Below are positions 40,155 through 54,141 of a stretch of DNA of 64,000 nt, in pieces. The DNA comes from Octopus sinensis (taxonomy: Eukaryota). The first letter of the stretch is position 1; every line of letters starts with the position of its first letter. The notes beneath the pieces were generated by a model. That model made no database searches. It was given only the letters and a program-made list of their open reading frames with translations, and was not told where the DNA came from. The stretch spans positions 91,636,001 to 91,700,000 of the forward strand of contig NC_043002.1 in assembly GCF_006345805.1 (NCBI RefSeq). Direction: 5' to 3'. Position numbers and translations under genes: made by a program.

Positions 40155-42679
40155 CTCAATCATATTTGATCATCTTCAGAATCATACTCTGTTCAATTAC
40201 CAAACCAACCTACATTAGCACACGCTTTATGCTATGGCTTAACAAAGAGATAATACTCGTGGTTAGATATTGAGCAAACCTGTGACCATTCTGATAAATT
40301 ACATATTAATGCATCATACATGATATAGAAAAAATAATATTTCTGTTGTTTTTTTTTCTATTATTTCTAATTATGTTCTCATTTAGCTTTCTTTTTTTCG
40401 TTTTTTTTTCCAAGGCAGTTATTGAATAATCGTTGTCTTTCATGTAAAGTCATTTGGTAGGTAAATTTCGTGGCGTGCTAAGACTTGGTATTTAATGTTT
40501 GCCCTTTAACTATTTATCTTAACTTGCATAACATATTTCAATGTCTACCATTAATGATGTAAATGAATTAGTATACCACAGTATCGTCTATCTTATTATA
40601 AAATCTTTATAGACACATGGAGAAGAGATGAATTTCCTGCATGCATCCACAATAAATTTGTCTCCTCACAAAGACATCGGTGACGATTTCTGTTCCAAAT
40701 CTCGATAGTTGCTATCTACCAACATACCGAACTGAACCAAACAAAATTACATTAGGGATTTCAGTTAAATTCTTGGTTTTACAAAAATGTTTTATTTGAC
40801 TATCTCTCTGGTGGAAATTTAAACGGTGAGAAAAGGATGATTTTACAGAAACAATTGTTTTCTCTCATTTTTTAATTAGGAAAGAAGTGTGGAGATCTCA
40901 CTTCACAGAACCTTCAAGAGTTGTGAGAGGGGAAGGAAAAAGTATTGTCAAAATGGAGATTTGGCCCTAATGCTTAAAACAGAATTACCTCCACTAAAAC
41001 AACCTATGTACCAGGCGATGGTCTTAAACTCAGCAACGGACAGCGCAGCTGTCCCAGATTTTATAGCATGCCAAACGCTTTAACGACGTGCAACGTTTCA
41101 AATGCAGGTAACCGAAACACACGGGATAGCATTCGCAACATAAACTAACGCTATATCAATATTCGTGTAAAATATGGAAGCTGTTTCTGTCGCAGCCTGT
41201 ATCTATTTTCAGTACAGGAGAGAATGTCTGGGTGATCAACCTCGTTAACATTGGGTTGGTTTTACTTTCCGGAATACAAGAAGTCTGCATGTTGTGGAAC
41301 TATCCCATAGATTCATCTCAAGAATTAGGTCATTATATACCAATATTAGAGGAATGACAGATGTAACATTAGTGTGCATGCGCCAACACTAATAGCATAT
41401 AGCATATAGAACGATAGCTTCTATGATGATCTCTGTCTGATACTTGTAAACATATCATCTACAAACCATCATTTATTTTTTATGACATCAGCTCAAGAGT
41501 TGCGCCAAATGACTTAGCACGGAACAAAACTATAGGCAGTCATGCTATTGAGCATGAAACTGCGAGTGCACACTTCTAGCCACCCGTGACTCATGAATAG
41601 CCCCCAGTATTATGCTAACATGCTGCTTCATCAATAAAACAACATGGCAACATTTCACTCAGTAAACAAATCTATCAACCTGATCCCTAGCCTGACCGTA
41701 AATGTGATATGAAATTTATCAAATTGACTCGAATTCCATCCACCCCTTTGGTTAGATTATAAATTGCTGATGCTACGTGTATAATTTAGATTCAGCAAAA
41801 GCAACATCCAATTTAAAAGATGGAACATAAACCAAAACTCAAGCTTAATGTATAAAAACTTAAAGACCATAAGATCAATCGAAATGTCAAGCTAAATTCA
41901 ATGCAGCACTCGAAAAACTCCAAAATGAAAATAATCCCTCTGCTGTTGACATCTGATCCTAACGTATTGATGCGTCTCAGAAGTGTTCGGATTAAGCAAA
42001 CGTAAACTTCGAAATTAGTCTCATGAAAATGATCTCCTTGGCTCAAGCTTATTTGATGAACAACATCTACTTTACAAGTTCTGGTCTAAGGATAAAACAT
42101 CTGTTAAAATGCAGCAAGCTTATTTCAATATTTGGGAAGCAGTTAGGTCAAAGTTTTGTTGAATGAGAGAAGAATGACGATGTAAAATAGAGTTTGCTGA
42201 TCACTAAGAATTTTTTTACACGAATGGCATGAAACCCTGATAGTTTACACATTATATGGACAACAAGGGAGTCCAAAGTCGCCCTTGGCGGCATAATGAG
42301 CTCAGAATACAAAGTGCAGGAATAATTTTTCCGACGATCTAACGATTCTGCTTGTTAAACGCTTTAATTGTTTCTAGTTTAGTACTAGGCCTGACATTTT
42401 GAAGGGAGTCTACCGAGATAGGATTAAACAGTGATCAGATAATATGCTGATGAAAAAAAGGATAAAGATTGTTTTGGAGAAATGGTAAATATATCGGTTC
42501 ATTAGAAGAACTGTTAGGTTACTGTACAGTTGACTTTCTATGATAGATCAACACCTACGCGCTCCCTCGTCTATGTTTGCAGCTGTTAATGGATAATCTG
42601 ATGTATTCAACCAACACATATATACCGTTTGTCCAGTTATGTCCATAGAATTTTCACGTACATTTTACACCACTATGTA

Positions 42680-43960
42680 TCAGGTCATACTATAAGTTCT
42701 GTCCGAATTTTGAATAAAGAAAACAAGTGATCAAATGTTACATTTAATTGAAATTTAATCATCAATGTACTTTCCCTGATTATCTATGACTTCCTTCCAT
42801 CTATTTACAAGTTTTTTGATCCCATCAATGTAAGACTCTTTTGGTATCAATGCAAAGAACTCTGAAATGTCAGTTTCGACCTCCTCCTGGCTTGCAAAAG
42901 TTATGTCCCCCAAATGATTCTGTAAACTATGAAACAAATGGTAGTCTGAAGGAACAAGGTAAGGAGAATGAGATAAATGAGGTATTATTTCCCAACCAAG
43001 CTCTTCGATCTTCTGTGATGTGATCTTTGCAGTGTGGGGTCGCACATTGTCCTGATGAAACATCACTCCTTTTCGATTCACTAAAGCGGGTCTTTTTTTC
43101 TTCAAAGCTTGGTTCAAACTCTCTAATAGCTGACAGTAGACTTGAGTATTGATTGTTGTATTAGGTGGTAACAATTCAAGATGAATTACTCCTTTGCAAT
43201 CCCACCAGATAGAGAGAAGAACCTTTCCCCCCATGAAGTTCCTTTCTCGGTTGTGGTTGAGCTTTTCCCCCTTTTACCAAGCCACTATTTACGACGTTTA
43301 ACATTTCGATAGAAGAGCCATTTTTCGCCACCAGTCACAAGTCTATCGAAAAAGGGTGAAATGAGTTCGCGAGACTGGGGAGAAGAGCAGATGTCAACTC
43401 GGGATTTGCAGTTGCTTTTGGACAATTCATTAGGCACCCATTTTCCAAGTTTAGGAACCTTTCCAAGTTGTTGAAGATAACCATGAACAGTCGTATGGTT
43501 TGAACTAAGCTTTATTGACAATTCTTCAACTGATAATGCAGGATTTTCTTCAAGTAATGCCTTTAGGAGCTTATCATCACACTCAACTGGACGTCCTGTT
43601 CGATCTTCATCTTCAAGGCTGAAATCTTTCCTTCTGAATTTTGCAAACCATCTTCTGGAAATTCTTTCATTCAAGCATTCTTTTCCATAAACTGAGTGTA
43701 TGTTTCGAGTCGCTTCGGCTGCAGAGTTTCCTTTTTTGTACTCATAAAGCATTATGTGCTCTTTGGATACTTCCATGTTAGAGAGGATTTTAATCAAAGA
43801 AATTTTAATTCTATAATTCTGTGAAATAATATTTAATTACGTTAAATGTACACAAGTGCATAAAAATGATTCTTAACTTGAATAGACATTCTAAAATACT
43901 ATTAAATTTAATTCAATTTTAAAAAAGGTAAAGTCGGACAGAACTTATGGGATGACCTGA
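42680..43960 (-). mobile_element. Full-length (1281 bp) mariner element with a defective DD34D transposase
   Basis: 27-bp TIRs TCAGGTCAT(ACT/CCC)ATAAGTTCTGTCCGA at 42680-42706 and 43934-43960, with TA at both ends. WVPNEL motif; D-34aa-D spacing counted from FHQDN to PSDYH. Confidence 0.95.
42755..43797 (-). pseudogene. Mariner transposase pseudogene
   Basis: Split into ORFs 43285-43797 and 42755-43234 by a TAG stop and frameshifts in G/A runs. The first catalytic D is mutated (VTGGEKW instead of VTGDEKW). Confidence 0.9.
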
Positions 43961-44562
43961 TAGATAGATGAACGCAACATTTGTTTTGGAGGTATGACTA
44001 AAAAACGAAATTTGTAGCTAAATGTTGAGGTAAAATGAAAACATCTAACGTGCGTAACGTCCTGAAAACGATTACTGATAAAAGTAAAAAAGAATTGGCA
44101 CGGAACATCGGTAGGGTGTCGGAAGAGGTTGTATTTTATTATTGAAATGAAACAAGTTTCTAGTACATCCAAAGTAACTGCAAATTCCGAAGAGAGCAGG
44201 TAGAATCTATTAACTAACCCACAGTAATTCAGTGGTAATCTATTTTGTTGACTATGGAATTATGAAAGAAAAAGATGACTCCAAATTGATTTCAAAGTCA
44301 AAAGATAAAGGGAGATAATTAACTTTATTTCTTACCGATTCTGCTGGGAGAGTTAATATGTACTATAATAGTTTAATAGTTTCAACTGAATGAATATATT
44401 TCTACAATATAGTTTTTCAACTTCGACTATTGAGAGATGAAGTCGACTTTTGAATGCTTCAAATTAGATGATAGCAGTACGATACTAAATACTCTATGGT
44501 ATTTTCTTTGATCGGTTTATGCAACTTTCATCTCACCATTTTTATGTTGTGACTATATACAC

Positions 44563-44612
<50 letters not shown>

Positions 44613-44671
44613 TGTGTGTGTGTGTGTGTGCGTACGTGTATGTGTGAGTGTGAGTGTGTGTGTGTGTGCAT

Positions 44672-45457
44672 AGGCGGCGAGCTGGCAGAAACGTTAGCAC
44701 GCCGGGCGAAATGCTTATCGGTATTTCGTCTGCCGCTACGTTCTGAGTTCAAATTCTGCCGGGGTCGACTTTGCCTTTCATCCTTTCGGGGTCGATTAAA
44801 TAAGTACCAGTTACGCACTGGGGTCGATATAATCGACTTAATCCGTTTGTCAGTCCTTGTTAGTCTTCTCTGTGTTTAGCCCCTTGTGGGTAGTAAAGAA
44901 ATAGGTATTTCGTCTGCCGCTACGTTCTGAGTTCAAATTCTGCCGGGGTCGACTTTGCCTTTCATCCTTTCGGGGTCGATTAAATAAGTACCAGTTACGC
45001 ACTGGGGTCGATATAATCGACTTAATCCGTTTGTCAGTCCTTGTTAGTCTTCTCTGTGTTTAGCCCCTTGTGGGTAGTAAAGAAATAGGTATTTCGTCTG
45101 CCGCTACGTTCTGAGTTCAAATTCCGCCGAGGTCAACTTTGCCTTTCATCCTTTCGGGGTCGATTAAATAAGTACCAGTTACGCACTGGGGTCGATATAA
45201 TCGACTTAATCCGTTTGTCAGTCCTTGTTAGTCCTCTCTGTGTTTAGCCCTTTGTGGGTAGTAAAGAAATAGGTATTTTGTCTGCCGCTACGTTCTGAGT
45301 TCAAATTCCGCCGAGGTCAACTTTGCCTTTCATCCTTTCGGGGTCGATTAAATAAGTACCAGTTACGCACTGGGGTCGATATAATCGACTTAATCCGTTT
45401 GTCAGTCCTTGTTAGTCTTCTCTGTGTTTAGCCCCTTGTGGTAGTAAAGAAATAGGT
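44672..45457 (+). mobile_element. SINE family C (MetaSINE-like): one head followed by 4 tandem 184-bp body units
   Basis: Units start GGTATTTCGTCTGCC at 44720, 44904, 45088 and 45272. The core GAGGTCGACTTTGCCTTTCATCCTTTCGGGGTCGAT.AAATAAGTACC resembles the Meta domain as I recall it. Confidence 0.88.
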
Positions 45458-45977
45458 GTGTGTGTATGCATAAATTTATGGACATCAAATTAGTGTATTA
45501 ATTTAAGGCACAGATTTAAGAATAACAATAGGGTGCATTAATGAAGTGTCATCCCGTTACTGATCGAGAGATTACATTAAAAGTAGAGGTAACTTTATAA
45601 TGAATTTCCAGTCAACTTGTTCCATCTCTCTCTTTCTCTCTTTTTGTGTGCGCGCATGTGTGTGTATGCGTGTGTGCTTGCGTGTATAAATGTATATGTA
45701 TAAATCACAAACTGAAAAGACAAATAATAGAGACAACTCTTCTACACTAGGATGCAGACGCGAAATATTATCGATTCAGAGAAATTAAATTTCGGAGCAT
45801 TAGCGACTCTTGTAAGTTTTATTTCTGAAATTTTCGAAAGATTATTTTGGACCTTCTACAGGCCGAAAAATATGTTCTAATTCCACTGGAATGTTTTGAT
45901 AGAAATCTTAGCTAACAACGAAATCCATAAAATTCTGACTTTCAATTAAGAGATAATTAATTATTAAATTAATCATA

Positions 45978-46150
45978 TAGGCGCAGGAGTGGCTGTGTGG
46001 TAAGTAGCTTGCTAACCAACCACCTGATTCTGGGTTCAGTCCCACTGCGTGGCATCTTGGGCAAGTGTCTTCTGCTATAGCCCCGGGCCGACCAATGCCT
46101 TGTGAGTGGATTTGGTAGACGGAAACAGAAAGAAGCCTGTCGTATATATG

Positions 46151-46181
<31 letters not shown>

Positions 46182-46379
46182 ATGTTTGTCCCCCTAGCAT
46201 TGCTAGACAACCGATGATGGTGTGTTTACGTCCCCGTTCGGCAAAAGAGACCGATAGAATAAGTACTGGGTTTACAAAGAATAAGTCCCGGGGTCGATTT
46301 GCTCGACTAAAGGCGGTGCTCCAGCATGGCCGCAGTCAAATGACTGAAATAAATAAAAGAGTAAAAGAGTAAAAGAGTA
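45978..46379 (+). mobile_element. SINE family B
   Basis: Aligns to the family B consensus inferred from the other copies. Confidence 0.9.
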
Positions 46380-47369
46380 TATACTTACAACATATTCATT
46401 CGCTATCTCCCAGATATAGCTAACAACACATACACATACAACCTCTCCCTGTTATATATATAACATGGCATATTGTGAAATGAATATTCTTACCATAACT
46501 AAATTCAATCTTCATAAAACATTGGAGCACTTGTGAATATCTACAACAAAATTGCCTATTAATCCCTTTCACTCTCTTTAAAAAACGAGGTCGTCGAAAA
46601 CAAAATTAAAATCATCAGAAACTGTTGTTGATGATCCATAATCCTAAGCTTACTCGCCAGTAAGTGTTGCTTTTGTTATTGTTATTGCTGGGTAAACTTA
46701 GATTTACTCACTAGATGGCTTTGTTGTTCCCAGGTTAGTTGTCATCGAGCAGTTCTGAAATCAAAGACGTTCCAGCTATTATCATTCTACCATTTAGTAT
46801 GTAATAGACTCCATTATCTAATGTGCCATTCCTATGTATAGTCAATAGTGTTTAATTTGAAGGAGATTGTATTACAATATTGAGCAGTTTGGGCGACCAC
46901 ATTAAGTATCTTTCGTTGAGTTGCTCTCACCAGAAATTATTATGGAATGCAAAATTACGTGGATGATTCTTAAATTTTGCTAATTACCTAAACTAAGTGT
47001 CATTAACCATTTTGGTCGAATTTCAGCAGCAACAACATATTACCAAATATTACCGTTTAAAAATTCATTTGTAGCAACAGATTACAATTAATAAACTGAT
47101 CTCAGACAGACAACATACGACCTAACAACGGAGCTTGTATAACAGGAGAAGGGAGCCTTTATTAATTCTAGGAACAAATTGTAAGTATATAACAAACTTG
47201 TGGAAAGTGCATTTATGTCGAGAAATATAACGACTCGTTCTACAAAAGTCATTGGTATGCAGACGATGGCACTAAATAAAATCAATTTAAACGTTATAAT
47301 GTAATATTTAAGCAGATGATTTTAAAGATTTTACACCTCTAAATACCAAAGAGGCCACAAAGGATATTG

Positions 47370-49170
47370 TCTCAAATTGAATGAAACCTTACAGCTTATA
47401 TCTTAATGGGGAAGGTTGTAAAAACACTATGCTGGCTGAAAAATTATTTTCCGTCAATGAAGCACACAAGTGGCATTTGGTTAAATTCAATGTTAAGAAA
47501 AGTTATTCACATCAGTGAGTGGGGGAAAACGGTGTTGGCGTCTTCAGTATTTCATTTCTCAAAAGTCACTAGTTTTGCATATTTACACAGGATTTATAAA
47601 ATTCCGAAGTATTAATTTTGGATATCAAAGTAGTCATTATCTGATTATAAATGAATTAATTCATGTTGCAAAGAATCAGGAGGTTCATCTGGCTTCACAT
47701 CAAAAGACGTTTTTCTATATTCGTAGTTCGAGCTCATAAATATTTTAGAACCTCTTTTGAAAACGATTCAAAAGATTGCAACACTTTGTACCGTGCTGTA
47801 CATTGATTGTGTGTCGAGTCTTTAAGTGTTGAAAATTGTAGTACACAAGGTTCTTTTTTTTTTTTCAGTGGTGTTACAAGAGTAACTGCAGAATTAATTT
47901 AGAACTCATGAATTTGGCGAGAATAGAAGTAATGAGCTGATTCGACTCCTTTAATTTGAAACCAAAATTCTTTATGTAGCTAATGAAATTGACAAAAATG
48001 CCAATTCACATAACCATTTTGCAGGACAAGAATACCTTTAATATCCATAACGAGTTTCACTTCATCATTCATCTCTCAGAAGCACTTGAGTACGGGTCTT
48101 TTACATATTCAGTGATCCTCACCATAGTACCATATATTTCAATACCCTACTTCGAGATCCTTCAAAAATTACTAAAACCCTTTTTTATTATACAGTTCCT
48201 AATGAATTTAATGTATATGTATCCAATTCCTTTATGAACTTAATGTATCCAGTATATCATACCTTCGTAAAGAATGTGTATCTATGATTTATCGTCGAAC
48301 TGATGTACAATAAATATATATCAATTAGAATTAGGTATTAGAATTTAGTTCAGACATTTTATTATTTCTCATTTAAAAAGGGTAAAACTCTCTATTGAGA
48401 TACCGATACAATTCGTGCATAATTTGTATCGTGTACAATCAGTTTTGCGTGGAGCATAACAAAATCACTTGTTTTGTATTGTTTATTTGGTCTTTGTAAT
48501 ATTAACTTCAGCTCTGATAATTATATACATTTATTTTAAAGCAATTAAACCTTTTTCGTATTTTGAACTTCACCGTTATTCCAGCAACAAATATAGCCAA
48601 ACTTATGTTAGTTGTTGTAAAACTGATGTTTCAAATACAACTCCTGGCCAGCACAACACAATTTCCATTGTAATTGGCTTCAATGATATCTTGATATCCT
48701 TACCCATGTCTTTTATACAGTAAGAAATAGCTCCCCAGGATTAACAAATATTCACAAACATTACGACTTTTCTGGAGTGAAAATTCATTTGACAGCAACT
48801 GTACACTGTTTGAGAAATTTATTTTCGATATGTAGGTTCACTACCTTTGCAATTATCTCACTCACTTCATAACTTCTTTGTGTTACAGTAGTATTTTCAT
48901 TTATAAGTCTTTCGAAAATAGATTGCTGCTGGCATCAAGATTCATTCAAGAATATTAAGATTGTCTCTTTTAGTTTTTCACATTCCTTACATCTTGGTCC
49001 GATAATGACGTTCATGATTCTACTTTTTATAAATTTCAACCGAATATGTAGAAATATGTCACACACTTTCTATTTACATTAATGGAAAAATAATTACACG
49101 TTAACTTTTCATCGAAATTTCGCCGGCAACTAATTTTCTTTTATTAATACTAGCTATTATAGCAGTTATT
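47370..49170 (-). pseudogene. Highly decayed hAT (SPIN/Charlie-like) transposase
   Basis: Colinear remnants on the minus strand: RNFDEKLTCNYF, K*NHERHYRTK, QQSIFE...SYEVSEIIAK, LAIFVAGI, FDVKPDEPPDSLQHELIHL*SDND, TH*CE*LFLTLNL. TIRs not found. Confidence 0.7.
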
Positions 49171-49539
49171 TTTATGTATATTAGAATACTGGTTTTAAAT
49201 TTTTTAATTAAAGTAGTGAAATGAATTGTAAAAGTTGCCAGCATTCAAAACTTGTACCATTCATTTTTGATAATGCAACAGACATTCAACTTTGACAAAA
49301 TTTAAATTCACACTGACACTTCATCACTAACAAAAATATCTAATTAGACAATTAATTCCCGCAAGCAGTTTGTGACGGGACGCATACCAGTGATGAAGGC
49401 TAATTGGCTGTTGTAAAAGTCTGACTATTACATCATACATTGGTACTTATTACGTGTTTAATGTGAAAAGAAAATCATTGTACAGAACAGAAATTTTGTT
49501 TACGTATTTGGTATTTTTGAAAGTAATGCTACATATTCT

Positions 49540-50079
49540 ATTCTACTCTAGGCACAAGGTCTGAAGTTTTAGAGGAGGAGGCCAGCCGATTAGATCGACC
49601 CCAGTATTCGACTGGTACTTGATTTATCGACACCGAAATGATGAAAGACAAAGTCGACCATGGCGGAATTTGAACTCAGAACCTAAAGCCAAACGAAATA
49701 CCTATCTCTTTACTACCCACAGACAAACGGATTAAGTCGATTATATCGACTCCAGTGCGTAACTGGTACTTATCTAATCGACCCCGAAAGGATGAAAGGC
49801 AAAGTCGACCTCGGCGGAATTTCAACTCCGAACGTAGCGGCAGACGAAGTACCTATTTCTATTTCTTTACAACCCACAAGAGACTAAACACAGAGAGGAC
49901 AAACAAGGACGGACAAACGGATTAAGTCGATTATATCGACCCCAGTGCGTAACTGGTACTTATTTAATCGACCCCGAAAGGATGAAAGGCAAAGTCGACC
50001 TTGGCGGAATTTGAACTCAGAACGTAGCGGCAGACGAAATACCGCTAAGCATTTCGCCCGGCGTGCTAACGTTTCTACC
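49540..50079 (-). mobile_element. SINE family C compound: head + 2 young body units + an older-type body
   Basis: Same GAAATA|GGTA(T/C)TTCGT junction as 44672-45457. Confidence 0.85.
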
Positions 50080-50107
50080 ATCTTAGTAATTCTACATATT
50101 ATATTAC

Positions 50108-50310
50108 TGGATTCTTTCCACTTTGACCGACAGATTTTTAAAATAATTTCTTTGTAACTAAACACTTTCAAACTTCCTATACTGGTAGAATGTGTTACAT
50201 AAAACATATTTTTCTCTTGGATTTCTGTAGTTTGTAAGCTATTTCTTGTTAAATTTCTTGCATTCGGCAATTTCAACCAATCAATAACGTCTGTTGAGGT
50301 AAATACAATT
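50108..50310. mobile_element. Diverged partial copy (left half) of the 34717 MITE
   Basis: Shares TATACTGGTAGAATGTG...TTTTTCTCTTGG...TTTCAACCAATCA..ACGTCT.TTGAGGTAAA. Confidence 0.75.
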
Positions 50311-50491
50311 TCTGCGGTTCTTTGTCTTATGTATAACAGTCATCCATCAAGGAGACACTGACCTTGCAAATAGAAGAACAAGATCCTTGTTATTTATTGG
50401 CCACCTTGATTTACCTACTCCATCCGTTACTGCCTGCTCCCTATTCACCAAAATTTCATCCAAACTATTTTCCACAATCTTTCACACCCCT

Positions 50492-50558
<67 letters not shown>

Positions 50559-50914
50559 GTAACTAAACATTTTTAATGTAACTAAATGTAACTAAACACT
50601 TTTAAACTTCGTATATTTCAGCCTCTCCGAGGCTGAAATAACACTTTTGAGCTTTACTAACTATTTTCTCCAATGCAATTTCTTTCGTTCAAACACTCTT
50701 CCCCATAAACAGAATGGATATTTCAGACTGCTTTTGTTGCCGTTTCCCTTTGTGAATTCACAAAGCATTATGAGCCTTAAATGCTCCTTAGATACGGCCG
50801 CCTTTGAGAGGTTAACATTAGTAAATAATTCGGGCAGATTATTCTGCAAAAAAAAATTATATTACGTTAACGATTTCCAAATTCATATGAATCTGAATCA
50901 ATACCATTTCACAT

Positions 50915-51019
<105 letters not shown>

Positions 51020-51286
51020 ATCAGACAAGTTACAGATAATGGCTATTACATATTTTACCTTTAGTAGAGCAAATTTGGAATCTAGTCTTTCTTATTCACA
51101 AAATGAGATCCCTTAATTTTGATCAGATTGCTTTCAATTTTGGTGTATCGATACAACTCTGAATTTTGATTACAATCAATCAATTACTTTATCTCGTAAA
51201 TTAAAGAATCTGATGTTATTTGGAGTTAAAGTTGGGAAATTTGGGTAATTTCAGCCGATCAACAGACAGCGTGGCATTACCTGCTT

Positions 51287-51300
51287 GTTACCGTGACAAC
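51287..51300. promoter_or_regulatory. Possible RFX X-box
   Basis: GTTACCGTGACAAC is one mismatch from RTHNYYWTRRNRAC and lies in a locally GC-richer patch. A motif match only. Confidence 0.2.
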
Positions 51301-52013
51301 TGCACGCTGTATTGTGATTCACTTTGTCTGTGCCGCTGTTGTCTATGTTGATTTCACCTGCGTATTTTGTTTTAATTTTTCTATGTGTTAGTATAGTACA
51401 TGTTTTTCTGTGCTTTTGTATGTTAGTATTTTTCTGTTCTTTTTCTGTGAGTTAGTATTTTTACATATGTTTCATTTCATATATTTTGGGGACTCATTGA
51501 CTCAGACAGCTTGATTTGTGATTTCACTAGGTTAATTCTATTCATAAAAACTTAAATTAGGAGTATTTCTTAAACTGTTAACTTCACATTTCAACAGCTT
51601 AACTGAAATTTAGTCCACGTAACAGGAACTGAGAGTGATATCGTGGAACAGAGAAACTGTGGGTGATATAGATAATTTGTCATTATTTTTGAATTCTGCG
51701 TGAAAAAACATATAAGATACAGGTATTCTTTTCCTTGGGACAAATTCTTTGTTGACCGGTGTTATTCTTATCGTAGTTTACAAATCCAAGCATGAAAACA
51801 TTACTCAACTTAGGAGTTTTGGAGATAGACACCCCCTTTTCACACACACACACTTATATATTAATGATGTACATAAATACATGGCAGGTATACATAATAC
51901 GCATAAATTAAACGCATGCAGGAAAATATATCAATATAACAAATGATAAAAACGTTCAATCAATGAAGTGAAAAAAGAAACAGTAAAGTGATACATGTTG
52001 ATTTTATTAGGTA

Positions 52014-52407
52014 CTAGCAGTATCGCCCGGCGTTGCTCGGGGTTGTAAGGGAAATAACTATATAAGCATTTTTAGAGAGTTATAGCCAAAAAATAACAAA
52101 AAAATGCATTAAAAATGGGAAAAAAATGATGGTAATTTTTTTTTAAATCGCTGACTCATCGTAGACATTTTTAGAGAGTTACTTCCCTTATATAATAGCA
52201 AAAAAGTGCATTAAAATGGAAAAAAGGATGGTAAATTTTTTTTAATTGTAGACTCATCGTACACGCGCGCTAATACCCAGAAGGGCTCGATATGAATCAC
52301 GACTATAAGATACCCGGTTTTTGTTAAACTGCACCGCAAAATGTGGGAGTAGTTAGGAATCTAAATCATAGGAGACAGACACACAACTTCACTTTTATAT
52401 ATAAAGA
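52014..52407 (-). mobile_element. Non-autonomous Helitron
   Basis: Minus strand: A|TCTTTATATATAAAAG...CCCGAGCAACGCCGGG (hairpin)...CTAG|T. Confidence 0.88.
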
Positions 52408-53270
52408 TTTCTGTTTATTTAGAAACCTACAATGAACACGTCAGACGCTAAACTATAAATTTCACAGGGTACAGCCTTAGAGTCGACACCGCTCTGCTAA
52501 ACGCAGAAAATTTCTGTTTCGCTATTGGCCAAAAATACCCAGTTTTTTTATTTTTTACTTTTAAACCTCTGTAACGTTTTCCTTCAATTTGTTTTCTCCA
52601 TAACATCATACCTTCAAAGCAATGAGACTGAAAGGCTACATTATTATAGTCGATTTTCAGGTCTTTTACTTCCTTTGAAAAAATGCATATTTTGCGAATG
52701 GAAAAAAAAAAAAAAACTAGATCCTAAATTTGGCTTACAGCTGTTTCCAGTAGTCATCATAAGTACATTACTGATAGGTTTACTCAATTAGTCTATTGAT
52801 CAGTTGAGAAAAATTGAACGACCTAAAAAAATTAATGCTACTTTCGTCAGAGCTATTTCTGGTTATAACAAAGCAGAACACTGAAGGAATTGTGAATGCA
52901 TGGCGTAGGGAGGAAAAGATGGAAAGATGCAAGTAGACTATAAAAAGAGAAAGACAGGTTACCAATGGATAAAGAAAAGTAAGAGATAGAGGAACGAGTC
53001 ATTTAAAAGAAGCAGGGGTATAGAATGGCAGAAATTTGGGAAAAGGACAATCATAAAATATTTGTTGTCAGGTCAACACACATGAACATATTAGTATTGT
53101 TTTTAGGTTAGATATTCTTCATATGTAAAATTTAATATGGGCCATTTCTACACATGGTCAACCTAAGTCTTTGGTGCTATCAAGTATAGTGGTGGTGGGG
53201 GATTGTACTAGAAGACGAATGATATATCAGTAGTAATTATAATGTGATGTAGAGGTCGTAAGAGTGGCTT

Positions 53271-53433
53271 TAGGCGTAGGAGTGGCTGTGTGGTAAGTAG
53301 CTTGCTTCCCAACCCCGAGGTTCCGAGTTCAGTCCCACTGCGTGGCACCTTGCGCAAGTGTCTTCTACTAGAGCCTCGGGCCGACCAAAGCCTTGTGAGT
53401 GGATTTGGTAGGCGGAAACTGAAAGAAGCCCGT

Positions 53434-53466
<33 letters not shown>

Positions 53467-53695
53467 ATGTGTATATGTTTGTGTATCTGTGTTTGTTCCC
53501 CCAACATCGCTTGACAACCGATGCTGGTGTGTTTACGCCCCCGTAACTTAGCGGTTCGGCAAAAGAGACCGATAGAATAAGTACTAGGCTTACAAAGAAT
53601 AAGTCCTGGGGTCGATTTGCTCAACTAAAAGGTGGTGCTCCAGCATGGCCACAGTCATATGACTGAAACAAGTAAAAGAGTAAAAGAGTAAAGAG
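53271..53695 (+). mobile_element. SINE family B
   Basis: Aligns to the family B consensus inferred from the other copies. Confidence 0.9.
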
Positions 53696-53989
53696 GTCGA
53701 GAAAGCTCTGATTAGCTAGGATATAAAATAGATTGAGAGATGTGAGGTTCAAATGAGATAAAGTCAAGATGAGTTGTTGAAATTAATCTCATTACATGAG
53801 TTTTAAAATTTAAACCATTAAATGGATGACGGATTAAAACTTGAACTAAAGTTTAAATTTTCTAGATTTAGCATTGGAGCAAACTAAAGATTAAAAGAAT
53901 TGAAATAATTTTACGAAATAATGGGTCATACTAAAGCAATAACGACGATAACAACATCCACAACACCAATAACAATTTTAATAGAATAA

Positions 53990-54002
53990 TAGTAATAATA
54001 AC

Positions 54003-54060
<58 letters not shown>

Positions 54061-54098
54061 ATAATAACAACAACAAAAACAACAACAGCAACAACAAC

Positions 54099-54139
<41 letters not shown>
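53990..54139. repeat. (TAG)n/(CAA)n/(TAA)n compound microsatellite; further (AAT)n at 54696-54758, 55996-56023 and 58170-58298
   Basis: Direct inspection. Confidence 0.95.

Positions 54140-54141
<2 letters not shown>

Noticed and set aside
40560-41100. Possible very old Tc1/IS630-like transposase remnant on the minus strand
   Set aside because: The similarity needs several assumed frameshifts and no TIRs were found, so it is too weak to call.
44720-45454. CRISPR-like or other repeat-spacer array
   Set aside because: The units are contiguous 184-bp SINE bodies with no unique spacers, no cas genes are present, and the context is eukaryotic. The same applies to 22924-23127.
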